Source of the DNA: a phage
NCBI GenBank assembly: GCA_030873995.1
Contig: GCA_030873995.1_4701.1
Direction: 5' to 3' (one strand)
DNA: 45,609 nt
Shown: one piece after another, positions 37,237 to 45,375 of the stretch
How the letters are laid out: every line of letters starts with the position of its first letter
Position numbering within the stretch: position 1 is the stretch's first letter
Made by a program: the position numbers and the translations under genes
Notes under the pieces: generated by a model
Told to the model about the DNA's origin: nothing
Databases searched by the model: none
What the model saw: the letters and a program-made list of their open reading frames with translations, nothing else

Positions 37237-39769
37237 TTGGAAGAAGGAGGCAGAAGGTCGTATCCTCGTGATGGATGCGGAAGCTAAAGGACTCCTTGAC
37301 GCTATCCGATATGGACACCGTGAAGATGTGCATATCATTTGCTGCATGGATTTGCTTACTACCGAGGAGTTTCTCTTCTTTGACCCGTATGAGATGCGTG
37401 ACCCTGAAGCAAGAGAACGCCTGAAGGAATGGGAAGGTCATCAAGATGGAACCTTGGTTGACGGTGTTAACTTCCTGAAGCACTGTGAGGCTATTGTGTC
37501 GCAGAACTTCCTAGGGTATGACGGTCTTCTCTTTGAGAAAGCATTCCCTGATATTTGGAAAGGCTTTAACTATACCGAGAAGCGCGGTAAGGGCAGACTC
37601 CGTGCTGACCTGTGTCCGGTGCGAGTCATGGATACGCTGGTGATGAGTCGCCTGTTAAACCCCGATAGACGCCTTCCTCCGCAAGCATATGCCAAAGGTA
37701 TGGGTAACGTCGCCCCTCACTCAATTGAGGCGCACGGCATCCGTATAGGTCGCTATAAACCGGAGAACGAGGACTGGTCTAAACTAACTGACCACATGGT
37801 TCACCGTGTACGTGAGGACGTGGCGATTGGTCGTGACTTGTTCCTCTGGCTCTTTAACGGGGAATGGATGGAGCACAAACGCCGTGGCGTGAATAAACGC
37901 ACGGGCCTAGGCATTGAGACAGCCTTCCACATGGAGTCCATTGTGGCGCTGGAGATGAGCCGTCAGGCCGAGCGCGGGTTCCGTCTGGACATCGACAAGG
38001 CTTTGGCCCGATGCGAAGAATTGGACGCTAAGATTGATGAGACAGTCGCAGCGTTCCGCCCTCACATGCCTATGCGTATCAAGTCTAAACCTTTTAAACC
38101 GGAAGAAAAGAATGAAGTATGCCAACGCGCAAATGAGTATGGAGCTAGCAACAATATACCTACTGTCCTTGACCCCTCACACTTTCTTCATGCCGAGAGA
38201 CGAGGAGATCGCAAGACAGTATGGAGTGTCACTACTAAGTCTGGTGATTGGTCGGCTAGTGTCAAGAAAGACTTTCCTCACCTTAGAGGAAACCGTAATG
38301 ACACGCCAAGTATCAAGTGGATTGGTGCTTACTCGCCTGTTACTTTCGAAGAGATTCCCTTGGGTAACAGGGATACAGTTAAGCAAGTGCTCTATGATTA
38401 TGGATGGAAAGGTGTTGAATTTAACGATACCGAGCAAGCGCATCTCGATGAGTATGGCGTATTACCAAAACCTTGGAGTGGAAAGATAAATGAAAAGTCT
38501 CTTACTTTATGGCAAGAGAGAGCCGCACGTGAAGGTAAAACAGTACCCGATTGGTGCTTGGGTATCGCTGCATGGTACATACTCGTATCCCGTCGTGGTC
38601 AGATACTCAACCGTGGTGACGTTGAAGCCTTCAACGAGAAGGGAACGTGGCCCTCGCAGGCTGGTGTACGAAAGTGTCGCGGCCTTGTACCTGTAGCATT
38701 CAACAAGGAGCTAGGAATCAATGCGCAGCAATACTACGAAAGGTACGGATGCTGGCCTACGTCAGACAAGGATGACGGGGAGTGGCGTGTTCCAGCTGTT
38801 GCTATTAGCATTGGCACTTCTACGTTCCGTATGCGTCATCGTAACGTGGTTAATATTCCTGCCCGTGGCTTGTATCCTTTACGTGATTTATTCATAGCAG
38901 GTAAAGGCAAGCTAATCCTTGGTTGTGACGGTGCAGGTCTTGAACTGCGCGTCCTGTCTCACTTCATGAATGACCCTGAGTACCAAGAGATTGTATTGCA
39001 TGGTGACATCCATACACATAACCAGATGAAGGCTGGTCTTCCTAAGCGTGACATGGCGAAGACGTTTATATACGCTTTCCTCTATGGCTCTGGTATAGCC
39101 AACCTTGCAGCAGTATGTGGTGTTACCGAGGAAGAAATGAAGGAAGTTGTGGCAAGATTCGAGATTGAACTGCCGTCTCTTGCACGTCTTCGTGAGAATG
39201 TTATCGCACAAGGTAACAAGTTTGGCTACCTGCAAGCACCTGATGGGCATTGGGGTCGCATCCGCATGTCTGGTGGTGAACTTAAAGAGCACACGATGCT
39301 TAACGTATTACTCCAGATGACTGGCTCTTTGTGTATGAAATATGCATTAGTCAAGGCATTTGCAGTAATGCGCAAGGAAGGTGTAGCCTTGGATGCTATG
39401 GGAAATCCTTGTGGTGTGGCTAACGTGCATGATGAAATCCAGATGGAAGTTCCTGAAGAGGAGGTCTTGTATCTTAACTACGACCTACCTTTCACCTTAG
39501 ATGGGTTCGAAACAGAGAAGGCTGCCGTGCAAGCAGTGTTCGATGCAGAGGAGAAACGTGTTCATGTGGATTCTGAAGGACGTATGTGGTCTGCTGCAAA
39601 CCTCGTTAGTGTTGATGCTGATGCTGGTGTATTGCATTGCCAGCGCCGTTATCACCGTGCAGGTCATATCATTGCCGACGCCATGACTTGGGCAGGGCAG
39701 TATCTGAAGATGCGTTGCCCGATGGCAGGCGAATATAAGATTGGCGCAAGTTGGAAGGAAACACACTGA
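37223..39769 (+). CDS. DNA polymerase (family A, gp5-like) with 3'-5' exonuclease domain
   Basis: Exo motif VMDAEAKGL; pol motifs DGAGLELR, RDMAKTFIYAFLYGSG, VHDEIQ; start placed at RBS-supported ATG 37223. Confidence 0.9.
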   Translation: MKSIDWKKEAEGRILVMDAEAKGLLDAIRYGHREDVHIICCMDLLTTEEFLFFDPYEMRDPEARERLKEWEGHQDGTLVDGVNFLKHCEAIVSQNFLGYDGLLFEKAFPDIWKGFNYTEKRGKGRLRADLCPVRVMDTLVMSRLLNPDRRLPPQAYAKGMGNVAPHSIEAHGIRIGRYKPENEDWSKLTDHMVHRVREDVAIGRDLFLWLFNGEWMEHKRRGVNKRTGLGIETAFHMESIVALEMSRQAERGFRLDIDKALARCEELDAKIDETVAAFRPHMPMRIKSKPFKPEEKNEVCQRANEYGASNNIPTVLDPSHFLHAERRGDRKTVWSVTTKSGDWSASVKKDFPHLRGNRNDTPSIKWIGAYSPVTFEEIPLGNRDTVKQVLYDYGWKGVEFNDTEQAHLDEYGVLPKPWSGKINEKSLTLWQERAAREGKTVPDWCLGIAAWYILVSRRGQILNRGDVEAFNEKGTWPSQAGVRKCRGLVPVAFNKELGINAQQYYERYGCWPTSDKDDGEWRVPAVAISIGTSTFRMRHRNVVNIPARGLYPLRDLFIAGKGKLILGCDGAGLELRVLSHFMNDPEYQEIVLHGDIHTHNQMKAGLPKRDMAKTFIYAFLYGSGIANLAAVCGVTEEEMKEVVARFEIELPSLARLRENVIAQGNKFGYLQAPDGHWGRIRMSGGELKEHTMLNVLLQMTGSLCMKYALVKAFAVMRKEGVALDAMGNPCGVANVHDEIQMEVPEEEVLYLNYDLPFTLDGFETEKAAVQAVFDAEEKRVHVDSEGRMWSAANLVSVDADAGVLHCQRRYHRAGHIIADAMTWAGQYLKMRCPMAGEYKIGASWKETH

Positions 39770-39885
39770 TGGATAGGCTTGACATTGTTTACCTATTCTT
39801 CACTTTCTTTCTTACACTCCTTATGCTTGCTTGTTATGGGAGTATGAGACTAGATATACCTGATGAAGAAGAGGGTTACGACTAA
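39769..39885 (+). CDS. tiny membrane peptide (38 aa), paralog 1
   Basis: ATG overlaps the DNAP stop (TGATG); hydrophobic core then acidic DIPDEEEGYD tail. Confidence 0.4.
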   Translation: MDRLDIVYLFFTFFLTLLMLACYGSMRLDIPDEEEGYD

Positions 39886-39983
39886 TGCAAACTGCTTTTA
39901 TTATTCTTGGTATCATATTATTTATGGTAGTATTCTGGGCTTTCTCTGGCATTGACCCAGATTGTGATGGTAACTACGACTGA
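39885..39983 (+). CDS. tiny membrane peptide (32 aa), paralog 2
   Basis: TAATG coupling; hydrophobic core then GIDPDCDGNYD tail similar to 39769..39885. Confidence 0.4.
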   Translation: MQTAFIILGIILFMVVFWAFSGIDPDCDGNYD

Positions 39984-40021
39984 GTTATACTCAAGGTCAC
40001 TTACGAGTGGCCTTTATGAAT
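39984..40021 (+). promoter_or_regulatory. RNase III-type processing site candidate
   Basis: GTTATACTCAAGG - hairpin GGTCACT-TACG-AGTGGCC - CCTTTATGAAT. Confidence 0.45.
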
Positions 40022-40051
40022 AACTTACTCCCACACATTTTGTCTAACATG

Positions 40052-40074
40052 ATTTACTGGACACTATAGAAGGA
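40052..40074 (+). promoter_or_regulatory. phage-RNAP promoter
   Basis: ATTTACTGGACACTATAGAAGGA exact consensus; +1 G at 40069. Confidence 0.85.
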
Positions 40075-40138
40075 AAGCCTAGGTAATCTAGGTTTATAAG
40101 GTAGTATGGGTAATTAAGTAAATATAGGAGATATAAAT

Positions 40139-40516
40139 ATGTCAATGGTAACTACTCTGGTATTCGTAGCTCAATACTTTCGTGGTTTGGCTAACAAGTT
40201 CAAAGCTAAGGCTATCAAAGCTATTGAGTCTCGCATTGAAGCAGTACATGCAGAGCAGTTTGAAGTTGAAGAACATCGTAGTTCTCAAATGATTGACTGC
40301 CACAATCGCTACTATGCATCTCGTGATGACCTTAATGCACGCCAAGTCAAAGAGGTTGAAGAGATGCTGGCACGTCACCAGCAAGAGCGAGACAGCCTGA
40401 AAGCTGAATTTGAAGAGAACAAGGCATCCATCGCCCTTGTACATCAAGCCGCATCTGACAGCCTGAAGAAAGAGATTGTTATGCTGGAAATTGAGTTAGA
40501 CAACCTGACCAAATAA
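40139..40516 (+). CDS. hypothetical coiled-coil protein (125 aa)
   Basis: Own promoter at 40052 and AT-rich leader with GGAG RBS. Confidence 0.55.
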   Translation: MSMVTTLVFVAQYFRGLANKFKAKAIKAIESRIEAVHAEQFEVEEHRSSQMIDCHNRYYASRDDLNARQVKEVEEMLARHQQERDSLKAEFEENKASIALVHQAASDSLKKEIVMLEIELDNLTK

Positions 40517-40537
40517 TTACTGGACACTATAGAACAA
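40515..40537 (+). promoter_or_regulatory. phage-RNAP promoter
   Basis: AATTACTGGACACTATAGAACAA; +1 G at 40532. Confidence 0.8.
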
Positions 40538-40593
40538 TAGGTCGACTTAGTTCGGCCTATGATTGTGTAGTGTAACAATAGGAGACTAAATAA

Positions 40594-41400
40594 ATGGCAC
40601 GTGGTGATTTTGATTTTGGTGCTCAGGTTACTAAAGCTGAAGGTAAGGTTTTTAAGAACCCTGAAGTTGGTGATCATGAAGCAGTAATCTCTGGCATCAT
40701 TCATGTGGGTTCCTTCCAAGATATCTTTAAGAAAGGTAATACCACTGAAGTTAAGAAGCCAGCAAACTTTGTTCTTGTTAAGATTGTACTGATGGGTGAC
40801 GATGACAAGAACGAAGATGATTCTCGCATGGAACAATGGATGGCTGTTCCTCTGAAGTCTGGTGATAAGGCAACACTGACTAAGTTCCTGAATGCAGTTG
40901 ACCCCAAAGAATTGCTTGGTGGCTTCGATGATTTTATCGGGGAATGCCTGACTGCAACTATGGTTGGCTCTGGTGACAAGAATGACGATGGTTCATTCAA
41001 GTATGTTAACTGGAAAGGATTCGGTGGTATGCCTGACAAGCTTAAGAAACTTGTCATTGCTCAGGTTGAAGAAGAGGGTCTGTCTATGACAGGTCACATC
41101 ACCTTCGACAAGCTGACCAAAGAAATCCTTGATGACATTCCTGCTAACTTGGTACGCCAATACTTCCTTAATGAAACACCTCGTGGTAAGAACCTGTCTG
41201 TTGCTGGTTCTCACGTAGAAGCAATCATTAAAGCTGCTCGTGAAGAAGACCCAGAGTGGAAGAAGGCTAAGAAGAAAGACGAGGAAGATGCTACCCCAGC
41301 TAATCGTAAATCTCTGGATACTGGTGAGTCTGTTCCGCAGGAAGTACCTGAAGCAGAAGATACTCCTGCACCGGAGATGGATGAGGACGCGGAATACTAA
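40594..41400 (+). CDS. hypothetical protein with acidic C-terminal tail (possible ssDNA-binding protein)
   Basis: 268 aa; own promoter 40515; AGGAG RBS; C-terminus EMDEDAEY resembles gp2.5-type acidic tails. Confidence 0.55.
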   Translation: MARGDFDFGAQVTKAEGKVFKNPEVGDHEAVISGIIHVGSFQDIFKKGNTTEVKKPANFVLVKIVLMGDDDKNEDDSRMEQWMAVPLKSGDKATLTKFLNAVDPKELLGGFDDFIGECLTATMVGSGDKNDDGSFKYVNWKGFGGMPDKLKKLVIAQVEEEGLSMTGHITFDKLTKEILDDIPANLVRQYFLNETPRGKNLSVAGSHVEAIIKAAREEDPEWKKAKKKDEEDATPANRKSLDTGESVPQEVPEAEDTPAPEMDEDAEY

Positions 41401-41409
41401 GGAGGGAGA

Positions 41410-41628
41410 ATGAAAGTACAAATCGTAACCCTGCACTGCAAGAAGGGTATCACAACGCTTGGAGGTGGCACTTTCCACTCTTTCTCCGAAGGGGAGATTT
41501 ATGCTGACCTGCACTACATCTGGCGCGACGGACAGCACGTGGTGAACTACAGCGACCCAGCTACGGGGAAACGCCACGGCGTATCGCTTCCGGCGCATGA
41601 CATTGCTCAGGTGAACACAGTTTTATAA
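41410..41628 (+). CDS. hypothetical protein (72 aa)
   Basis: AAGGAGGGAG RBS. Confidence 0.55.
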   Translation: MKVQIVTLHCKKGITTLGGGTFHSFSEGEIYADLHYIWRDGQHVVNYSDPATGKRHGVSLPAHDIAQVNTVL

Positions 41629-41629
41629 A

Positions 41630-41645
41630 GTCTCACGTGTGAGAC
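41630..41645 (+). repeat. 16-bp near-palindrome GTCTCACGTGTGAGAC (copy 6), 15 bp upstream of promoter 41661
   Basis: Read directly. Confidence 0.9.
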
Positions 41646-41660
41646 AAATTGGTGTCCGGT

Positions 41661-41683
41661 ATTTACTGGACACTATAGAAGAG
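41661..41683 (+). promoter_or_regulatory. phage-RNAP promoter
   Basis: ATTTACTGGACACTATAGAAGAG exact consensus; palindrome 41630..41645 upstream. Confidence 0.85.
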
Positions 41684-41733
41684 AAGAATTTTAATCGGCG
41701 ATAATGCCATAACCAACAAAAGGAGAATTTAAT

Positions 41734-42105
41734 ATGTTCAAGATTGAAACTATCGTAAACCGTGTTGTTAAAGGTGCTGCTCTGGTATCCGTTGAGTCTT
41801 TCATTATCGTCGATGAAGCTGATCAACTGGTAGCTGGTACTAAGGCTTACGATACCCGTGAAGAAGCTCAGGCTAAGATTGACAGCATGGGTAACTTCGC
41901 TGCTGGTCTGGAGTTCGCTCGTGCTTGCTTCCCTGAGCAGGCTGACAAAGCTCAGATTGGTAAGGCTAATATCGTAGCTGAATATCTGGATTGGGTTGCT
42001 GCTGGTAAACCAGTGAAAGAAGTTAAGGCTGCTGAAGAAGCTGAAGCTCCAGCAGAAGAAGTAGCTGCACCGGAAACTCCGGTAAGCGAAGAGGAAGAAT
42101 TTTGA
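41734..42105 (+). CDS. hypothetical protein with acidic C-terminal tail ending EEEEF
   Basis: 123 aa; own promoter 41661; AAAGGAG RBS. Confidence 0.6.
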   Translation: MFKIETIVNRVVKGAALVSVESFIIVDEADQLVAGTKAYDTREEAQAKIDSMGNFAAGLEFARACFPEQADKAQIGKANIVAEYLDWVAAGKPVKEVKAAEEAEAPAEEVAAPETPVSEEEEF

Positions 42106-42169
42106 TAATAGCAGGTGTTGCCTCTGTTAGTCCTGGTTGACTATCACGCTCATCTCATCTAATGCCCTG

Positions 42170-42196
42170 TCTGCCTTAGTGTAGGCAGGGTCTTTT
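42170..42196 (+). terminator. hairpin plus T-run, terminator candidate
   Basis: 7-bp stem with 6-nt loop followed by TCTTTTG. Confidence 0.35.
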
Positions 42197-42222
42197 GCGT
42201 AATAGTTATTGGAGAATGAATT

Positions 42223-42513
42223 ATGCCGACTATTGAAGAACGTTTCCTGATTCACGTGAGCTTCTCATCCATACATCTTGGTTATCTTATCACTATTCTC
42301 TTAGGTGAAGAGATTTATCTGCATAACCACTTAATACCAGAGTATGTATGTCACCGAGATAAGATACACCCTACTAATTGGGCGAAAGAGTGGCTGCGTG
42401 AACATGTGCTGAAGGAGTGGCCTACATGCGACCAAACTTCGACTTCGGAGCTACAGTATCGGAAGACAATAACCTGTTGCTGTGGCCGACTGAAGGTAAT
42501 CGAATCGCTTTAA
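42223..42513 (+). CDS. hypothetical protein (96 aa), 3' end overlaps the exonuclease start
   Basis: GGAGAA RBS; preceded by a hairpin terminator candidate. Confidence 0.4.
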   Translation: MPTIEERFLIHVSFSSIHLGYLITILLGEEIYLHNHLIPEYVCHRDKIHPTNWAKEWLREHVLKEWPTCDQTSTSELQYRKTITCCCGRLKVIESL

Positions 42514-43451
42514 TAGATGCTGATATGTTACCCTATATTGTAGGATATACTATCAGTGACATGACTTATGTACGAGCCACAACTCGTGTTAAGTCAGGAC
42601 AAGTCCCATCAATCAAGGATACACCTGAATGTAAGCAAGCATGTGACCGTGTGAACTCCTTGCTTAACTCTTGGGTGTATGCAGCAGAGTGCGATGCAGC
42701 TAAGTTATTCATGACGAAATCAGAAGCTAACTTCCGTGTTCGCCTAGCATTCACCAAGCCTTACAAGGGTCAACGTAAGACCGAGAAGCCTCCATTCTTC
42801 TATGAATTGCGAGAGCATCTCTTAGAGGTTCATGGTGCAATCTTGGCTGATGGTGAGGAAGCAGATGACCTAATGAGCATCGCACAATGGGACAGCCATC
42901 GCCGCTTCCAGCAAGATACAGGTAACGAGTTCCCTATCGGTAGTCCAGAGCATAAAGCATTCTCTGATACTTGCATCGTTTCCTTAGATAAGGATTTGAT
43001 GATTGTTCCCGGTTGGCATCTACAGCCGGGAGGTGAGAAGAAATGGGTAGAGCCTATGGGTTGGCTTGAGCTACGCCGCAAGGCTAATGGTCAAGTGAAA
43101 GACCTTAAAGGTGCTGGCCTCATGTTCCACTATGCACAGATGATTATTGGTGATGACATAGATAATTATGCTGGCATACCGGGACGTGGTGCTAAATATG
43201 CCTATGCTCTTCTCAAAGACTGTAAGACAGAGAAAGAATTGTACATGGCAGTGCTTGGTGCATACAAGGCTAAGTTCGGTCATGGACAAGTTAAGATTAA
43301 GAATTACCGAGGTGGTTATCGTATCGGCAAAGCCTTTGACCTGATGCTTGAATGTGGTCGCCTAGCTCACATGGCAAGATTCAAAGGGGACATATGGCGG
43401 GCCGATAAGAACCCAATCTTGTGGGGAGATGACGATGGATGGATGCATTGA
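42426..43451 (+). CDS. 5'-3' exonuclease (gp6-like, FEN family)
   Basis: Motifs RIALIDADML, GEEADDLMSIA, SLDKDLMIVPG, GDDIDNYAGIPG; GAAGGAG RBS before ATG 42426. Confidence 0.8.
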   Translation: MRPNFDFGATVSEDNNLLLWPTEGNRIALIDADMLPYIVGYTISDMTYVRATTRVKSGQVPSIKDTPECKQACDRVNSLLNSWVYAAECDAAKLFMTKSEANFRVRLAFTKPYKGQRKTEKPPFFYELREHLLEVHGAILADGEEADDLMSIAQWDSHRRFQQDTGNEFPIGSPEHKAFSDTCIVSLDKDLMIVPGWHLQPGGEKKWVEPMGWLELRRKANGQVKDLKGAGLMFHYAQMIIGDDIDNYAGIPGRGAKYAYALLKDCKTEKELYMAVLGAYKAKFGHGQVKIKNYRGGYRIGKAFDLMLECGRLAHMARFKGDIWRADKNPILWGDDDGWMH

Positions 43452-43872
43452 CCATGGGTGTAAAGGTTATGGCATGGGCTACGCTACTGCCTTCTATAAA
43501 GGTAGATGTGGTAAGAAGAAATATACCACTAAGCACAGGCTAGTTTACTGTAAGCACCATAACATTCACCCTGAAGATTTGCCTAAAGATATTGTTATTA
43601 GGCACAAATGTGATAATGCACGTTGTATCAATCCTTTACATTTAGAGTCTGGTACACATCAAGATAACATGAAGGACATGGCTGTCCGTGGCAGAGCCTA
43701 CAAAGGAGGGATGCCAGGAGAAAAGAATGGCAGATGTGTGCTTTCTGATTTACAAGTAGCAGAATTACGCGCCTTACGTGCTAAAGGGTTTACTTGTAAA
43801 GCTCTAGCTGAACGGTATGGCATAGGTACTACTCAAGTATCTAGACTAGCAAGAGGAGAACAACGTGCGTAA
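43435..43872 (+). CDS. HNH endonuclease with C-terminal helix-turn-helix
   Basis: HKCDNARCINPLHLESGTHQDN motif; GGGGAG RBS before ATG 43435. Confidence 0.7.
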   Translation: MDGCIDHGCKGYGMGYATAFYKGRCGKKKYTTKHRLVYCKHHNIHPEDLPKDIVIRHKCDNARCINPLHLESGTHQDNMKDMAVRGRAYKGGMPGEKNGRCVLSDLQVAELRALRAKGFTCKALAERYGIGTTQVSRLARGEQRA

Positions 43873-44275
43873 GATGAAGCAATCTGAACTTGGTGAAGTT
43901 CGTGATATACTGTGTGAAAGACAAGGTTGGCGTTGCCCTATTTGTGGAGGTCATTTAAAACTTATCTCTAAAGCAAATAGGGTCGTTGACCATTCACACG
44001 ATAATGTAGGTGCAGTCCGTGGTGTATTATGCCGTGGGTGCAATGGAGGTATCGGCAAGATAGAAGCGTATGCACAGTCGTATTGTAAGGCTGGCAATAA
44101 TACGCTTGAGGTTATCAAAGTTCTACGTAATCTTGCGGACTACTTAGAACTCCATCGCACACCGCAGACAGAGTGGATTTATTACAAACATCAAACGGAG
44201 GCAGAGAAACGAGAGGCTAAGAATCGTAAGGCTCGCCTTGCTTATGCAAGAAAGAAGGAGGCTAAGAGTGGCTAA
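43865..44275 (+). CDS. recombination endonuclease VII-like (Holliday junction resolvase)
   Basis: CPICGG...VVDHSHDN...RGVLCRGCNGG signature. Confidence 0.75.
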   Translation: MRKMKQSELGEVRDILCERQGWRCPICGGHLKLISKANRVVDHSHDNVGAVRGVLCRGCNGGIGKIEAYAQSYCKAGNNTLEVIKVLRNLADYLELHRTPQTEWIYYKHQTEAEKREAKNRKARLAYARKKEAKSG

Positions 44276-45275
44276 ACTTCGTAGCCTTTATAAAGACTCC
44301 GAGGTGCTTGATGCAATCGAGCAAGCTACCGACGAGAAAGGTAATGTTAACTATAATGAGATGGCGAAGATCCTATCTAGCCACCCTGTGGGTAAGAAGA
44401 TCACCCGTCAACTTGCTCGGTATTGGCATGGTCAATTTAAGAAGACCAAGAAGAATGGCGATTACTACCAGACTCTTCTGCAAGAGGATAAGCGTATCAA
44501 AGAAGAGCGTAAGCTCAGGACTCCTGACCGCTACGAGGATTTGGCTATTGTACCATTGCCTGACTCGCCTCATCGAAGTGTACTGGTAATCCCTGATACT
44601 CATGCACCTTATGAGCACCCAGATACCCTAGAGTTCCTTGCAGCCGTGGCGGCACGTTACCGTCCAGACACAGTGGTACACCTAGGAGATGAGGCAGACA
44701 AACATGCCCTGTCATTCCACGATTCGGACCCAAATCTGGATAGTGCTGGCATGGAGCTAGAGAAGGCTCGTGTCTTCATGCACAAGTTGCACAAGATGTT
44801 CCCTGTGATGCGCCTGTGTCATTCTAATCACGGCTCTATGCACTTCCGTAAGGCAAGCGCCAAGGGTATTCCAGTGCAATATCTTCGCACCTACCGTGAA
44901 GTCTTTTTCCCAAATGGAGGTGGCGACCAGTGGGATTGGCAGCATACACATGTTCTTGAGTTGCCGAATGGTGAACAAGTGGCATTCAAGCATCAACCTG
45001 CTGGCTCTGTCCTAGCAGATGCAGCGCATGAGCGTATGAACCTTGTGTGTGGTCACTTGCACGGTAAGATGTCTGTGGAGTACGCACGTAATACACATGA
45101 ACAGTATTGGGCTGTGCAAGGTGGCTGCTTAATTGATGAGTCATCCCGTGCATTTGCCTATGGGCGTGAGTCTAAATACAAGCCAGCATTAGGTTGTGTG
45201 GTTATTCTGGAGGGTGTACCTCATATTGTCCCGATGCAAACCAATAGCGACAACCGTTGGATTGGCAAGATTTAG
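44268..45275 (+). CDS. calcineurin-like metallophosphoesterase with about 100-aa N-terminal extension
   Basis: Motifs IPDTH, GDEAD, SNHG, GHLHG; AAGGAGG RBS 7 nt before GTG 44268. Confidence 0.65.
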   Translation: MAKLRSLYKDSEVLDAIEQATDEKGNVNYNEMAKILSSHPVGKKITRQLARYWHGQFKKTKKNGDYYQTLLQEDKRIKEERKLRTPDRYEDLAIVPLPDSPHRSVLVIPDTHAPYEHPDTLEFLAAVAARYRPDTVVHLGDEADKHALSFHDSDPNLDSAGMELEKARVFMHKLHKMFPVMRLCHSNHGSMHFRKASAKGIPVQYLRTYREVFFPNGGGDQWDWQHTHVLELPNGEQVAFKHQPAGSVLADAAHERMNLVCGHLHGKMSVEYARNTHEQYWAVQGGCLIDESSRAFAYGRESKYKPALGCVVILEGVPHIVPMQTNSDNRWIGKI

Positions 45276-45292
45276 TTGACACTATAGAACAA
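45270..45292 (+). promoter_or_regulatory. phage-RNAP promoter, SP6-like variant
   Basis: ATTTAGTTGACACTATAGAACAA; differs from the local consensus at -12 and -10. Confidence 0.6.
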
Positions 45293-45375
45293 AGGGCTAG
45301 GTAAGACTTTATCGGCTGGCGTATCCAAATGATATTGCACTAGCCCTTGATTGTATAGTGAATGGAGGATTCAAT

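Noticed and set aside
574-44589. Plus-strand ORFs nested in alternative frames (574..762, 4010..4213, 11969..12199, 14829..15110, 33876..34121, 35088..35438, 38034..38489, 38490..38696, 39501..39686, 44308..44589)
   Set aside because: Embedded in the ligase, scaffold, gp15, gp16, primase-helicase, DNAP or phosphoesterase genes with no start signals; most likely frame artefacts.
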